A stretch of 64,000 nucleotides of DNA. Origin: an uncultured bacterium (GTDB taxonomy: Bacteria > Oederibacteriota > JAAXVQ01 > JAUVAV01). Positions 12,361 through 23,400 of the stretch are shown one piece after another. The notes beneath the pieces were generated by a model. The model did no database searches, was not told the DNA's origin, and saw only the letters and a program-made list of their open reading frames with translations. The stretch is taken from the NCBI GenBank assembly GCA_963710755.1, contig CAVQBK010000001.1, positions 128,001 through 192,000 of the forward strand, given 5' to 3'. Position numbers and translations under genes: made by a program. Numbering within the stretch: position 1 is the first letter of the stretch; each line of letters starts with the position of its first letter.

Positions 12361-12562
12361 CTTCGTTATTATACCATATCATCAAACGAAAAAGTCCGAC
12401 AGGCTCCTAGGCTGTGCAAACCAGGAAGCCTATTTGTCCGAAACGGCCAAACCTAATAGACCTAAACGTCCCTCGTCTTTGCCTGTCGTTGACTATACTA
12501 TTGATGCCGATTGGCTGTGATGGATAGACCTGTCTGGAAATCAACCAGTCAGGTCGCCATCA

Positions 12563-13768
12563 TTAGCCCGGACGAACTTTTGTGCGACGAAAGGCAGCGC
12601 CGTGTGTTTTGATAAGCAGGGTTAACACATCCTGGATAGGCAATTGCAGATGGCGCGCAGCTTTTTGAACATCCTCCGCTTCTGGTTTGGTTTTCACAAG
12701 CCGGTCTCCCCAGTAGGCCTCTTTTATCCTAATGGATTGCCCCTGGACCGTTACCGTTTTAATAATGCGTTTAAGGATCAGGCGGGGGCATTCTTCCAAC
12801 CGAACGCCCAAGGTGGATGTTTCCTGGAGTATAAGCTTGGCTAATGATTCTGCCTGATCTCTGGTGCACATGACTTCCAATTGCATGCCTAAACGATTTT
12901 TTTTCATTTGAATAGGCACCACCGCTGTGTCCAGTGCCTTATTTTTCATCAATAAATCCTGGACATAGGCGACGACTTCCGGTGTTTGATCGTCGATGTT
13001 GGTTTTAAGCATAATGATGGTGTCCTGCTGGGCATGGGAGGCGGGCCTGTGAAGCCAGAAGGCACGCAATAGATTGGGATGAGATTTAAAAGTTTTGGTA
13101 CCAGCTCCATAGCCTTGGGCTTTTAAAACACCCAGCGGCAGCAGGGAAGCGGGCTTGGCGAAATGTCGGACCAGGGCCGCGCCAGTGGGGGTAGTTAATT
13201 CCGCCTGCGGACCTTTGGCGTAAATGGGATAGTGTTGCAACAGCGCCGACACAGCCGGTGCAGGCACGGGCAAGGTACCATGCGCGCTTTTAATAAGCCC
13301 GGCACCGACATTGATGGGGGACACCAGGATGTCGTCAATGGCCAGTTCATGCAGAGCACTACAAACGCCCACAATATCAAAAATAGTATCCAAGGCACCT
13401 AGTTCATGAAAATGGATCCGGGCCAGTGGTAGATGATGGCATTCGGCTTCTACCTGTCCCAATAGCTTGAAAACAGCCAGCACATTTTTTTTAATCCCAG
13501 CAGGCAGGGAGGCCCTGGCGATGAGGTGCACGATGTCGCGGTAGGATCGGTGGTGAGGGTTTGGCTGAGACCAATGGGGGGCAATATGCAATCCCTGCAA
13601 ACCTTGGCGCACTACCAGCGCTTTTTCCAACTTAAAAGGACCAAGTTTTAAAGCGTTGATATGACGGTTCAAGGTTTTTTCAGCATAGCCGAGATCCAGG
13701 AGCGCGGCTAAGGTCATATCACCGCTAATGCCGCTAAAACAATCAAAATAAAGGGTATTGGTCATCAT
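12563..13768 (-). CDS. larC: Nickel pincer cofactor biosynthesis protein LarC (nickel insertase)
   Basis: YFDCFSGISGDMTLAALLDLG, HFHELGALD, AHGTLPVPAPA, ELTTPTGAA, TNIDD, MKKNR, ETSTLGVR; single fused ORF. Confidence 0.93.
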   Translation of the reverse strand: MMTNTLYFDCFSGISGDMTLAALLDLGYAEKTLNRHINALKLGPFKLEKALVVRQGLQGLHIAPHWSQPNPHHRSYRDIVHLIARASLPAGIKKNVLAVFKLLGQVEAECHHLPLARIHFHELGALDTIFDIVGVCSALHELAIDDILVSPINVGAGLIKSAHGTLPVPAPAVSALLQHYPIYAKGPQAELTTPTGAALVRHFAKPASLLPLGVLKAQGYGAGTKTFKSHPNLLRAFWLHRPASHAQQDTIIMLKTNIDDQTPEVVAYVQDLLMKNKALDTAVVPIQMKKNRLGMQLEVMCTRDQAESLAKLILQETSTLGVRLEECPRLILKRIIKTVTVQGQSIRIKEAYWGDRLVKTKPEAEDVQKAARHLQLPIQDVLTLLIKTHGAAFRRTKVRPG

Positions 13769-13868
13769 GCCTCCCCTGAAAATGCCTGTCATGTAAGATG
13801 GCAGGGTCCAACAAATTAAATACTATTATCTAATTGGATTCAATGAAAAAAGAGGAAGGTAAGCCTAT

Positions 13869-14486
13869 TTAAACCCATTTGCGGAAGTGTTCTGCCAAGG
13901 GCTGTAGCTGATCCTGATAAAGGTTGATTTTGTTATTGTCCTTAATGATCGCTCCCTCGTTCTCAGAGACGATCTTCTCCCGGATCGTATCCTGACCAGC
14001 GGAGGGCGAATTGGTCGTTTCTTCTTCAGTTTGTTCCACCCTTGCTTGCGCTTCTTTCTGTGATGCGGCAGCTGCGACCGCTTGATCAGCCGAAGAAGGA
14101 TTGGCCGGGGCCAAAGCAGCCTTTTTGACTTGGTCCATTTTTCGAATAGTGGCTTCGGGCGTGGAGGCGGGGCTGACATCGATATGGACTTCACCTTCCA
14201 CAGCATAACGTTGGCCATCAGGGCCGGTTTGATAGCCAAAGGTAGCGCCGCTGGTGGCCAGACCACCTGCTGCTGCCAAGTGGGCAGCCTCGTGGGCACG
14301 CACTTCCTGATCGCGGGCTTTGAGTTTTTGCACCTGTTTTTGCTCTTCCGCGCTCAACGTCTGGGAAGACTGGTTTTTAGCCGGGGCATTAGGATTATGG
14401 CCTGCAGCGCCATCTGGCGGCGCCAACCCATGGTCAATAGGGGCGAAATAGGATGATGGTATCTGGCTGTCTATGGCATCGAACAT
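13869..14486 (-). CDS. SprA-related putative metalloprotease (CJM1_0395-like)
   Basis: LKARDQEVRAHEAAH, YQTGPDGQRYAVEGEV, AALAPANPSSAD. Confidence 0.85.
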   Translation of the reverse strand: MFDAIDSQIPSSYFAPIDHGLAPPDGAAGHNPNAPAKNQSSQTLSAEEQKQVQKLKARDQEVRAHEAAHLAAAGGLATSGATFGYQTGPDGQRYAVEGEVHIDVSPASTPEATIRKMDQVKKAALAPANPSSADQAVAAAASQKEAQARVEQTEEETTNSPSAGQDTIREKIVSENEGAIIKDNNKINLYQDQLQPLAEHFRKWV

Positions 14487-14628
14487 AGGGTTTTATATCT
14501 CCCGTCAAGTCTTGTCACTTTTGAAATCGTTACAAAAGTGATAAAACTTTAACGATCCAACTGCGAAAAGGTACTTTTAGGGCAAGTGGTCAGACCAGCG
14601 AGGAGAAATAGGATGTTTGAGAAAAAGG

Positions 14629-15384
14629 TTAAGCAGACCGATTGATCAGGCCGGCACTAAATCCGGCTCCAAAACCATTGTCAATGTTGACCACGGACAC
14701 ATTGGGGGCACAAGCATTGAGCATGGTTAAAAGGGCGCTGACGCCTTCAAAGGAAGCACCATAACCAATAGATGTAGGTACACCAATCACAGGACAGGCC
14801 ACTAATCCGCCCAAAACGGAGGCTAACGCTCCTTCCATGCCGGCTACGGCTACAATACAGCGGGCTTGCTGCAACCAAGCCGTATGGGTCAGCAGACGAT
14901 GAATGCCGGCCACCCCTACATCATAGAGCTTTTCCACCTTAGCTTTGAGCAAATGGGCCGTGAGGGCGGCTTCCTCAGCCACAGGAATATCGGCAGTTCC
15001 TGCTGCAGCCACCACCACCAACCCTTCACCAACAGGCAGGGGTTTTGAGCCGATAATTATAGCTTGGGCCTCATGGTGGTAAACAGACGGAAGCGAAGAA
15101 GCTTTTATGAAACGGGCTTTGGCAGGATCCACCCTGGTTATTAGCACATGATCGCTGGTTTTGGCCAAGGCCCGGGCGATGGCGATGATTTGTTTTGCAC
15201 TTTTGTTTTGGCCGAAAATGACTTCTGGTGTACCTTGACGTAAGTGACGGTGATGGTCCGTTTTGGCAAATCCCAGATCTTCAAAGGGCAGATGTTTTAA
15301 GTCCTGCTGGGCTTGGGCTACCGATTTTTTTCCCTGAGCCACCAGCTGCAACAGTTGTTCCAGCTTTTTAGGATGCATGATCAT
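14629..15384 (-). CDS. larB: Nickel pincer cofactor biosynthesis protein LarB
   Basis: FAKTDHHRHLRQGTPEVIFG, AGTADIPVAEEA, DVGVAGIHRL, AGMEGAL, PTSIGYG, VVNIDNGFGA. Confidence 0.96.
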   Translation of the reverse strand: MIMHPKKLEQLLQLVAQGKKSVAQAQQDLKHLPFEDLGFAKTDHHRHLRQGTPEVIFGQNKSAKQIIAIARALAKTSDHVLITRVDPAKARFIKASSLPSVYHHEAQAIIIGSKPLPVGEGLVVVAAAGTADIPVAEEAALTAHLLKAKVEKLYDVGVAGIHRLLTHTAWLQQARCIVAVAGMEGALASVLGGLVACPVIGVPTSIGYGASFEGVSALLTMLNACAPNVSVVNIDNGFGAGFSAGLINRSA

Positions 15385-16300
15385 CTCCTTTTGCTTGCGG
15401 GTCCTTTAAAAGATCTCCCTTGATGGCTAATAGTTCATTACCACTGCCGGAGCGAAACCCTTCCAAATCAAGGGCCACATAGGGAAACCCCAGGTTTTTA
15501 ATTCTGCTGGTGACGGTGGCTCTGAAAACAGGGTCTTCAAAACGCTTCATTTCTTTAAGCCCTACTTCCAGCCTGATCAGATCTTTATGCCATCGGGCGC
15601 GAACGATGTTGAATCCCTGCTCGATTAAAAAAGTTTCAATTTCTTCCAATTTGGATAACAGTTCCACGGTGATGGGTTGCCCATAGGGCACACGAGTGGC
15701 CAGACAGGCGGTGGACGGTTTGTTAGACCACTCCGCTTGATACACTTCTTTGGCCAGCGTTCGGATGTCATCCTTGCTCAATCCGGCCTGCACCATGGGG
15801 CTGATAATCCCCAGTTGGTTCAGAGCCTTACGCCCGGGCCGGAAATCCTTTGAATCGGCGGTGTTGGACCCCTCCATAACCGTAGCATAACCATGTTGTT
15901 CAGCCAGTTGTTTTATTTTTGAAAAAAGATCCAACTTGCAATAGAAACAACGGTCACGGGTGTTGAGACGAAAACTGGATCTTTTGTACTCGTCAGGGGC
16001 GATCACTTGATAAGGAATAGCTTTATCCTTGAGCCATTGCAAGGCGGAAGCAAGCTCTTTCCGGGGTAAGGTAGGCGCATCGCCCAGTACAGCCAGGCAA
16101 TGACCGTCCAGGCTATCCCAGGCCGTCTGGGTTAAAAAAGTGCTGTCCACACCACCGGAAAAGGCGATGACCGCACCGCCCGATTCCTTTAAAATATTCT
16201 TTAAATAATCAAATTTAGCCTTTAGCAACGTATTATTCAAGATTTCACCTTCCGACACGTCGATGGCGTTATTATCACCTGAATGGGTCTGTATGATCAA
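15368..16300 (-). CDS. larE: ATP-dependent sulfur transferase LarE (start codon uncertain)
   Basis: PP-loop AFSGGVDS, RCFYCK, DFRPG, ACLATRVPYG, LDLEGFRSGS. Confidence 0.94.
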   Translation of the reverse strand: MIIQTHSGDNNAIDVSEGEILNNTLLKAKFDYLKNILKESGGAVIAFSGGVDSTFLTQTAWDSLDGHCLAVLGDAPTLPRKELASALQWLKDKAIPYQVIAPDEYKRSSFRLNTRDRCFYCKLDLFSKIKQLAEQHGYATVMEGSNTADSKDFRPGRKALNQLGIISPMVQAGLSKDDIRTLAKEVYQAEWSNKPSTACLATRVPYGQPITVELLSKLEEIETFLIEQGFNIVRARWHKDLIRLEVGLKEMKRFEDPVFRATVTSRIKNLGFPYVALDLEGFRSGSGNELLAIKGDLLKDPQAKGDDHAS

Positions 16301-16413
16301 GACAAAGAAATTAAAATCAGGTTACAATACGATGTAAGAGGTCACAAGCCATTTTATGATCAAATGCGTGTCCAATTAAAGTGGAGGAGCCTGTTGGAAG
16401 GAAGGTGGTTTAA

Positions 16414-17148
16414 ATGGGAAACAGTTTAATGAAAGATCGAATTTGTTTAATCACAGGTGCTAATCGTGGTATTGGATTGGCCTTGGCCAAAGTATTGGCT
16501 GGTCTGGGAGCCCAATTAATATTGCAGGGCCGGAATGCGAAAGCTTTGGAAAAGGTAAGAAAAAGCTTGCAATACAAGGAAAAACATATTATTGCCCTAG
16601 CGGATCTGCGTTTTCGAGAAGCCATAGATAAAATGGCCAACAACCTTTTGGAAGGCCTGCCGCGTCTCGATGTCCTCGTCCATAATGCTGGCTTACTAGG
16701 CATCCGCGAAAAGGTAGAAAATTATCCGGAACGACTTTGGGATGAGGTAATGGACGTGAATTTAACCGCACCGCGCTTGTTGACCGTACGGTTGTTACCT
16801 CTATTACGCAAGGGGAACCATCCGTCGGTTATTTTTGTGACCAGCGGCATTGGCCGAAGGGCGCAGGCCCAGTGGGGGGCGTATGCAGTTTCCAAATTCG
16901 GCATTGAAGGCTTAAACCAGGTAATGGCCAAAGAGCTGGAGGAAGACGGGATTATGGTCAATGCCGTGAATCCAGGCGGAACCAGAACGGATATGCGCGC
17001 AGCTGCTTTTCCCGAGGAAGATCCGAAGACCTTGCCTACAGGCCTGGATATTGCACCATTATTTGTTTATCTGGCCAGGCCGGATATTACGATTACCGGT
17101 CAGAGCTTGGAAGCAAAGGATTGGATAGGGAAGGATCCTTTGGACTGA
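16414..17148 (+). CDS. SDR family oxidoreductase (YciK-like)
   Basis: TGANRGIG, HNAG, YAVSK (YxxxK), NPGGTRTDMRAAAFPEEDP. Confidence 0.9.
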   Translation: MGNSLMKDRICLITGANRGIGLALAKVLAGLGAQLILQGRNAKALEKVRKSLQYKEKHIIALADLRFREAIDKMANNLLEGLPRLDVLVHNAGLLGIREKVENYPERLWDEVMDVNLTAPRLLTVRLLPLLRKGNHPSVIFVTSGIGRRAQAQWGAYAVSKFGIEGLNQVMAKELEEDGIMVNAVNPGGTRTDMRAAAFPEEDPKTLPTGLDIAPLFVYLARPDITITGQSLEAKDWIGKDPLD

Positions 17149-17407
17149 ATATAACCAAGTGCCGCTGATATATAAAAGTTGATTTGAAATTTGGAATGGG
17201 AGAAAGTCGAGAAGACGGCAAGTTTATTTTAAGTGTATATTTTTAAATTTTACCAACAACAAACGTTGCGAAATGAAACAGTAACATATTATATCCTTTA
17301 AATTTAAGAAATAAAATTAGTTGTAGGTGGATAATTTATTACGTTCTGATATAGTTAAATCAATCAAAATAGTTAACATAAGACAATCCTTTTCTTGAGG
17401 AGTTTGA

Positions 17408-20400
17408 TTGATGGCGCTTTATCAGCAACCAGTCTTCCAACGGCGCAAGTCCATGATTTTCCAGATCAAGGCCTGCGCACTTATAACCATTGCTAGTTTT
17501 TTACTACCCATTGTTTCATGGGCTTTTGAACCAGCGACTTATGGCATCAATCAACCTGCGCTCATTCATTTCAACCACCTCGCTAAACCGCTTGCCATTC
17601 CGGAAAACTTGGGAAACGTCAGAGAAAGTTTCCAGGGCAGCGACAAAGTTATCGTCAGTATTGAAGACCTTCATTGTAACTATGAAGTACAAAAAAATAT
17701 TGCAGGACTTATTTCCTACTTGGCTAAAACCCAACACTTAAAATTGGTGGGCGAAGAAGGCGCTTTTCACCGGGTGGACACATCGGTCATTACCAGTTTT
17801 CCAGTCGACCGAATCAGGGAAAAAGTAAGTGACTATTTTGTACGTCAGGGAAAAATGACAGGGGCCGAATATGTGGCTGCCGTTAATCATACCCCCATTA
17901 TTCTGGAAGGCATTGAAAGTCCTCAATTATATTTAGCCAGCGAGAAAGTTGTGCATACATTTCTAAATGCCGAAAGCCAGGGGTATATTTATGACTTGCG
18001 GGCGTTGCTGGAGCAACTTAAAAAAACAGTTTATTCCAAAGCTTTGATGGAGTTTGATCGCAAACGTCAAGCCTATCGAACAGGACACTTAACGCTGCTC
18101 CACTATGCAGCTTTTCTGGGGAAAACAGCCTTGCACCATGGTTTGACGCCGGCCGATTATCCTGCCTTGGATCAATATCTGCAAGGCCATGAAGGAGGTT
18201 TTTCATCGGATCAATTAATTCAGGAGATGGATGACCTTGATGCAAAGCTGCGTGGCTTTTTATATCAAGACCCAAAAGAACGGCAAATGGATGAAGCCTG
18301 GCAACGGGTGGACCTGATGGAAAAGCTGCTTAATATTTCCGCCACCCAGAAGGAATTGGCTGCTTTTAGACAAGAACGTTCCGCGTTTACCGTCTCGTCT
18401 ATGGCCGCTGCACTCGCCAGCTTGCAGCAGAGTCAATCAGAACACCGAGTCCTCTCGATGGATCCTGAGCTTTATCAGTTGGATAATTACCTCAAACAGG
18501 CAGAAACCTTTTATCATCTCGCTGATCGGCGTAGCAAAGCCTTTGTGGACAAATTGCTGGCCAAAATGGAGGATCATCATCAGAATCTGGCGGTGATGAT
18601 CAACGGCGGGTTCCACGCACAAGAAGTGCTCAAAGACCTTAAAAAAAGAGGCGTCAGTTACATTGCCATAAGACCACGCCTGACCCACCCCGATGTCCTC
18701 AACCCCTATTTTGAATTACTGCAGGGCCGCCAGACCCCCTTGGAAAAATTGTTGGCCAAGCACCAGAAAATCATGGCCCTGCGCAGCGGGTTTGAAGAAA
18801 TTACATTCAAGGGTTTATTACTTGTTGCATTAAAACCCTTTGGACTGCTACTTCGTAAGAGGAGAATGCCACTTATTTTGTCTGGGAACCTTGAACGCGC
18901 TTTGGAAACTTTTCAAAGGAAAAATGAAACCCTATTTAAACTTGCCAGTGAGTTTACGCCCCAAGAATATATGAAATATCACCTGCCATCAGGAATCATC
19001 GCTTATCATACAGAAATCAATCAAACTAAAAGTATTTTACTAATCGTACCTACTAGAAAAGTGGATCAATCGAAGTTACAACTTCAACGTGTTCTTGAAT
19101 ATGAGATTTATTCCGATTTTACATTTATTCATTTGAATAATTTTAATCGTGACCTAAATGATGACGAGAGTCTAGATGCCCAGATGCGCAAAACGGTGAA
19201 TACTGTGATTGCTAAATCCACCAACACCGGACTTGATTTTTACCAAATAATAAAAAATGCTTTTAAATCAATAAATAATCGCCCCCTTTCATGGCGGCAT
19301 TTCGTTTTTCCGGCGAGTGGGATAGATTTAAAAGGTCTTTATACGCCATTTGCCGGTTTTGACATAAATAAAGTGATGACATCAGCCATGCAGATCTCTG
19401 TGCGATGCTCTCTTTATTTTGGAATACTGGCTATTGCCTGGATGACCGTAGTTGATAAAAATGAGTTTGTAAAATGGATGATGTCTGTAGGTGCCGTGGT
19501 TCTTGGAAGTCTGACTGCTAATTTATTCGGTTCGGGATCGGTGAATTTATCAACTCCTTCCGGCCTTGCCCAGGTGATTGAGGAGACAGGTATTTTAAAT
19601 ATTTGCAATTATTTGGACGACAAAACTTCATGCAGTAAGTTCAGGGAAATGGCCAATAATTATAATGTCCCGTTTCTGGCAGGACCCGATGGTGACACCA
19701 TTCTTCATGGCATGGTTAACTATTTTCACAAACTTCAGACAGAAGGCGATATAAAAAAAATCAGATCTGCTTTGAAAGAGATGAAAAAAATATCCAGCGA
19801 TTTTTTCAAGCAAGAATCGGTAGTGATCGTTACAAATAATTATTACACCAACATGGAAACCATCAATGGATTGTCGCTTATTGGTGATGAACCATTGATG
19901 AATGTACTGAATTCCGAACATCAAAGAAAAGACGTTCTTTTGGATAAGGTTTATCGTAGTTTGAGGGAAGGAAGACATCGCTTCATTTTTTGGAAAAAAG
20001 AAGAAGCCGATCAGCAAAGTGTTGAAAAGCGCAAGGAAGCGCAATCTGTTTTGGATAGTCATATAAGATTGATAGAGGCTAATTTCCAAGCCTTGCCGAT
20101 GATGTCGCAAGAACAAGAAAAAATGACACGTGCCCGGCTGGAATTGATTTTGAGAATAGTAAAAACAATGGTTGAAGAATCGGCCGCTGTATATAACTCC
20201 ATGCGTTCTCCTTCCTTCAACCCCGACAGGCAAATCAACGCCCTGCGTGGCAAATTGGAGGCGTTGACCAGAGCTATCTCGGATTTGCCCGAAAATCAAT
20301 TGGATGGCAAATCGGCTTATAATCTGATCTACGATCCCACGCCATGGCATAATTTCGCGGATGTACATTCTTTGTCGCAATTTATCAACTTTGTCCATCA

Positions 20401-23400
20401 AAACAGTTTCGATATTCTTAAGAGCAGTCTTGACGCTTTGCACTACCATCCGCTGAATTTAAAAGTTCATGGGAAGAAGGTACGGCTGATTGATGTTAAT
20501 CCGGAAATTCAATTTGATGCTGGTGGGATCCATTCGAAAGCTTTGGGGCTGTTTCTTAACGGATTTGATGTGACGGTGGGATTTGCCATTAATCCTATAA
20601 TTATTATTTATAAGGATATGGTAATTGCTGACTTGAACCTTGAACAAGCCAGATTTGTTAATGATGCCACCGACTCGGGTCATTCCATCGATGTTCAATG
20701 TAAACTCGCCCCGCCCGATGAAGGAGGCATGATTAAGGTCCGACATGTGGAACATAACAGATCGCGTGCGTTGATGATACAGACCATTATGAAAGCCCTG
20801 GGTGCACAATCCGATTATAATCCAACACGATTGAACCATGTTTTAACCATTCGGCTTGATAAAGACCATGGAGCGCGAAGTGCCTTCCACATAGAAAAAA
20901 ACCTTACATTGATTGTGAAAGTTTTAATGTCCATATGGGACAATGATTTGTTGCTGGATGATGACCGGAAAGCCGTTGCTGCCGCAGAACGATTTTTGAC
21001 TACCCACCAAATCGGACATTTTGAAACTTGGAAACCTATAATTCTCAACGAGGAACAACGTGAAAAAATCAATAATAGACTTAAACATTTGAGGCTTGAA
21101 GGGACAGTGACCGCAGGGCGCTTGACACAACCAATATTGGAGAAATATGTAAACGGTCCTATTCAGCATGCTTTAGCAAGAGGTGAATTGGAGTGGAATA
21201 AAAATGAAACGAGGTTAAAACGCAATCCGAACTATCGACCTATTGATCGTTTGGTGAAGGATATTAACAAGAGAGCGTCAGCCAAGGAAATGATCCAGAG
21301 TGCCGAAGCGATTTTACCTATATTAGATAATGTTAATTGGGAACCTGTTGGAAGTGTTGGTCAATATATAGCCGAGATCGGCACCTTTTACGATAGTAAG
21401 GGAAAGGCTTATGTGGCAACGATTTTAAGGGACTATCAATACAATGACATTGCATTTGCACGTGTAACGTTGAAAACAACACCGGGAAAGCGAATGTCGT
21501 CGTCAACAGTGCGCCGTTTGATAGGAAGTAAAATTGGACATGAACTAAAACCCATAGAAGCTATTGCTGATGAAGAATTGAATAATTCTCTGGCATTGCT
21601 TACTATCCCGTGGAAAAAAACAGAAGTGCCGGGACTGACGATGTTTCAGGGAAGGACAATGGGGGCAAATAAGACAGGGCAAAATCGATTGATTTTACCT
21701 GTTACCTTTAGGGCTGAAGATAGTGCCGGCAAACTTTACATCGCGCAAAGTTTAAAACCGGAGGATGTGACTTTTATCCCTCACTTGGGTGGAATAATAC
21801 AAGAGGGTACTGCTTTGCTCTCTCATGTTTCAGTACTGGTTCGTGAATTTGGTGTGCCGTCCATAAATTTGCCTAATATGAACATTCTTACCACAGATGA
21901 AGGTAAAAAAATATGCTATCTGGAAAATTTCGAACCTCTTCGCCAAGTGCCAACAAGAGATGGGTATTGGATATCGCGAACGATCAGGAAACATATACAT
22001 GTTTTAACTGAAGGTCAGAGGGTAATGATTGATGCCGGAAGCGGTGCACTTGTTGTATCGGAGAAGACTTCAGGGAATACGGATTTGTTGAAATTGGCCT
22101 ATGGTACCAGGTCGAAAAAATATAGTCGGCCTGTTCGAAGACAAGGTGGAAAAGGTGTTAAGATCAATAACCCGATTGTTCCGAAAACATCAACCATTCG
22201 CCGGCTGGGCAACGAAATGTCCACGTATGTGAGAATTGGTGAACTGGAAAGCAAGGATTATCCTGCCGTCGGGCCAAAAGCTGAGCAATTAGATCAATTA
22301 GCCAAAAATGCAGAGACCATGCCTTATGAGGTGCCGGGAGGGATCGTTGTTACCGCAAAGTTTTATCAAGACTTATTAGAAAAAAACGGAATCGAAGAAA
22401 AGTTGACACGTTTATTGAATGAGCAAACCATGTCGCCGCAGGAGGTGGCAAAACAATTTGACGACGTTTTACAGGACTTATTGGAAAATAAAACCAAATG
22501 GCTAGAAGAACAGGAAAAGAAAATATCAACGTTTCTCAAGGGGATTGATCCTGATGAAAGATGGTGGGCGGTACGGTCGGCCGGTCTGATCGAAGACACC
22601 AAAGACTTTTCGTTTACCGGATTGGGGATAACTGATTTATATGTACATCGTGATCATGTCCTTGAACATGTTATCTTAAATTTACGATCCCTGGCTTCGC
22701 CAAGTGCTGTCGCTTATTTGAGGGAGAATGGTCTTTCGCTTAAAGGTCTTTTTCATTCAGTGATTGTTCAAAAAATGCAACCTGGTGACGTTTCGGGCGT
22801 TGCTTTTACTAGCGACCCCGTAATTCCATCGGATCATGTTGTTATTAATGCAGCATATGGTTTAAATGAGGGGATCGTTAGCGGCATTGTAGCCCAGCCC
22901 GATGAATATACGGTGGATGAAAATAATTATCACGAGGTTGGCAAAAAAATAGGGAATAAGCGGTTGAAAGTTGTACCTGATCCGGATAACCAAAATGTGC
23001 AAATTATGATGGTCCAGGAGGGGGCAAGGGAACGTGCCTTAACGAGAAGACAAGTGGCGCTTTTAGCGAGACTGGCCAAAAAGATCAAGGAACGATATGG
23101 CGATTCGGATTTTGAATGGACCATTGATAAAGGAAAACTGTATTTATTTCAAAGACGACCTATTACGACTAAAGGAAACACCAATATTAAGAATGGGCGA
23201 TCCATGACAGGCGGAAGTTGGCCATGGATGAGAAGTTTGTGGCTGAGAGCGGGTCTTCCAGGTCGGTTGTATGATCAATGGTTTGCATGGTTGTTGGAAA
23301 ATGGGATTTCCCAAATAGTGGGTACTCCGGCATTGGGAATGGCGTTAATAATAATTGATTTAATCACTAATTCCCATTTGGGCGGCCTTTCAGAAGCAAC

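Larger units (their letters stand above)
10473..12406 (-). mobile_element. IS1182-like insertion sequence (1934 bp) with a DUF559 passenger gene
   Basis: 15-bp terminal IRs GAGTCTGTCGGACTT (10473-10487) and AAGTCCGACAGGCTC (12392-12406), 14/15 match; flanked by CTAG direct repeats (10469-10472, 12407-12410); DDE transposase inside. Confidence 0.9.
10361..12520 (+). pseudogene. Small ORF (73 aa when rejoined) interrupted by the IS insertion
   Basis: Removing 10473-12406 and one CTAG copy gives the continuous ORF MKAFTLLNDNLVDRLDRLAIYAYHDHSDTLATILQCLGCANQEAYLSETAKPNRPKRPSSLPVVDYTIDADWL*. Confidence 0.4.
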
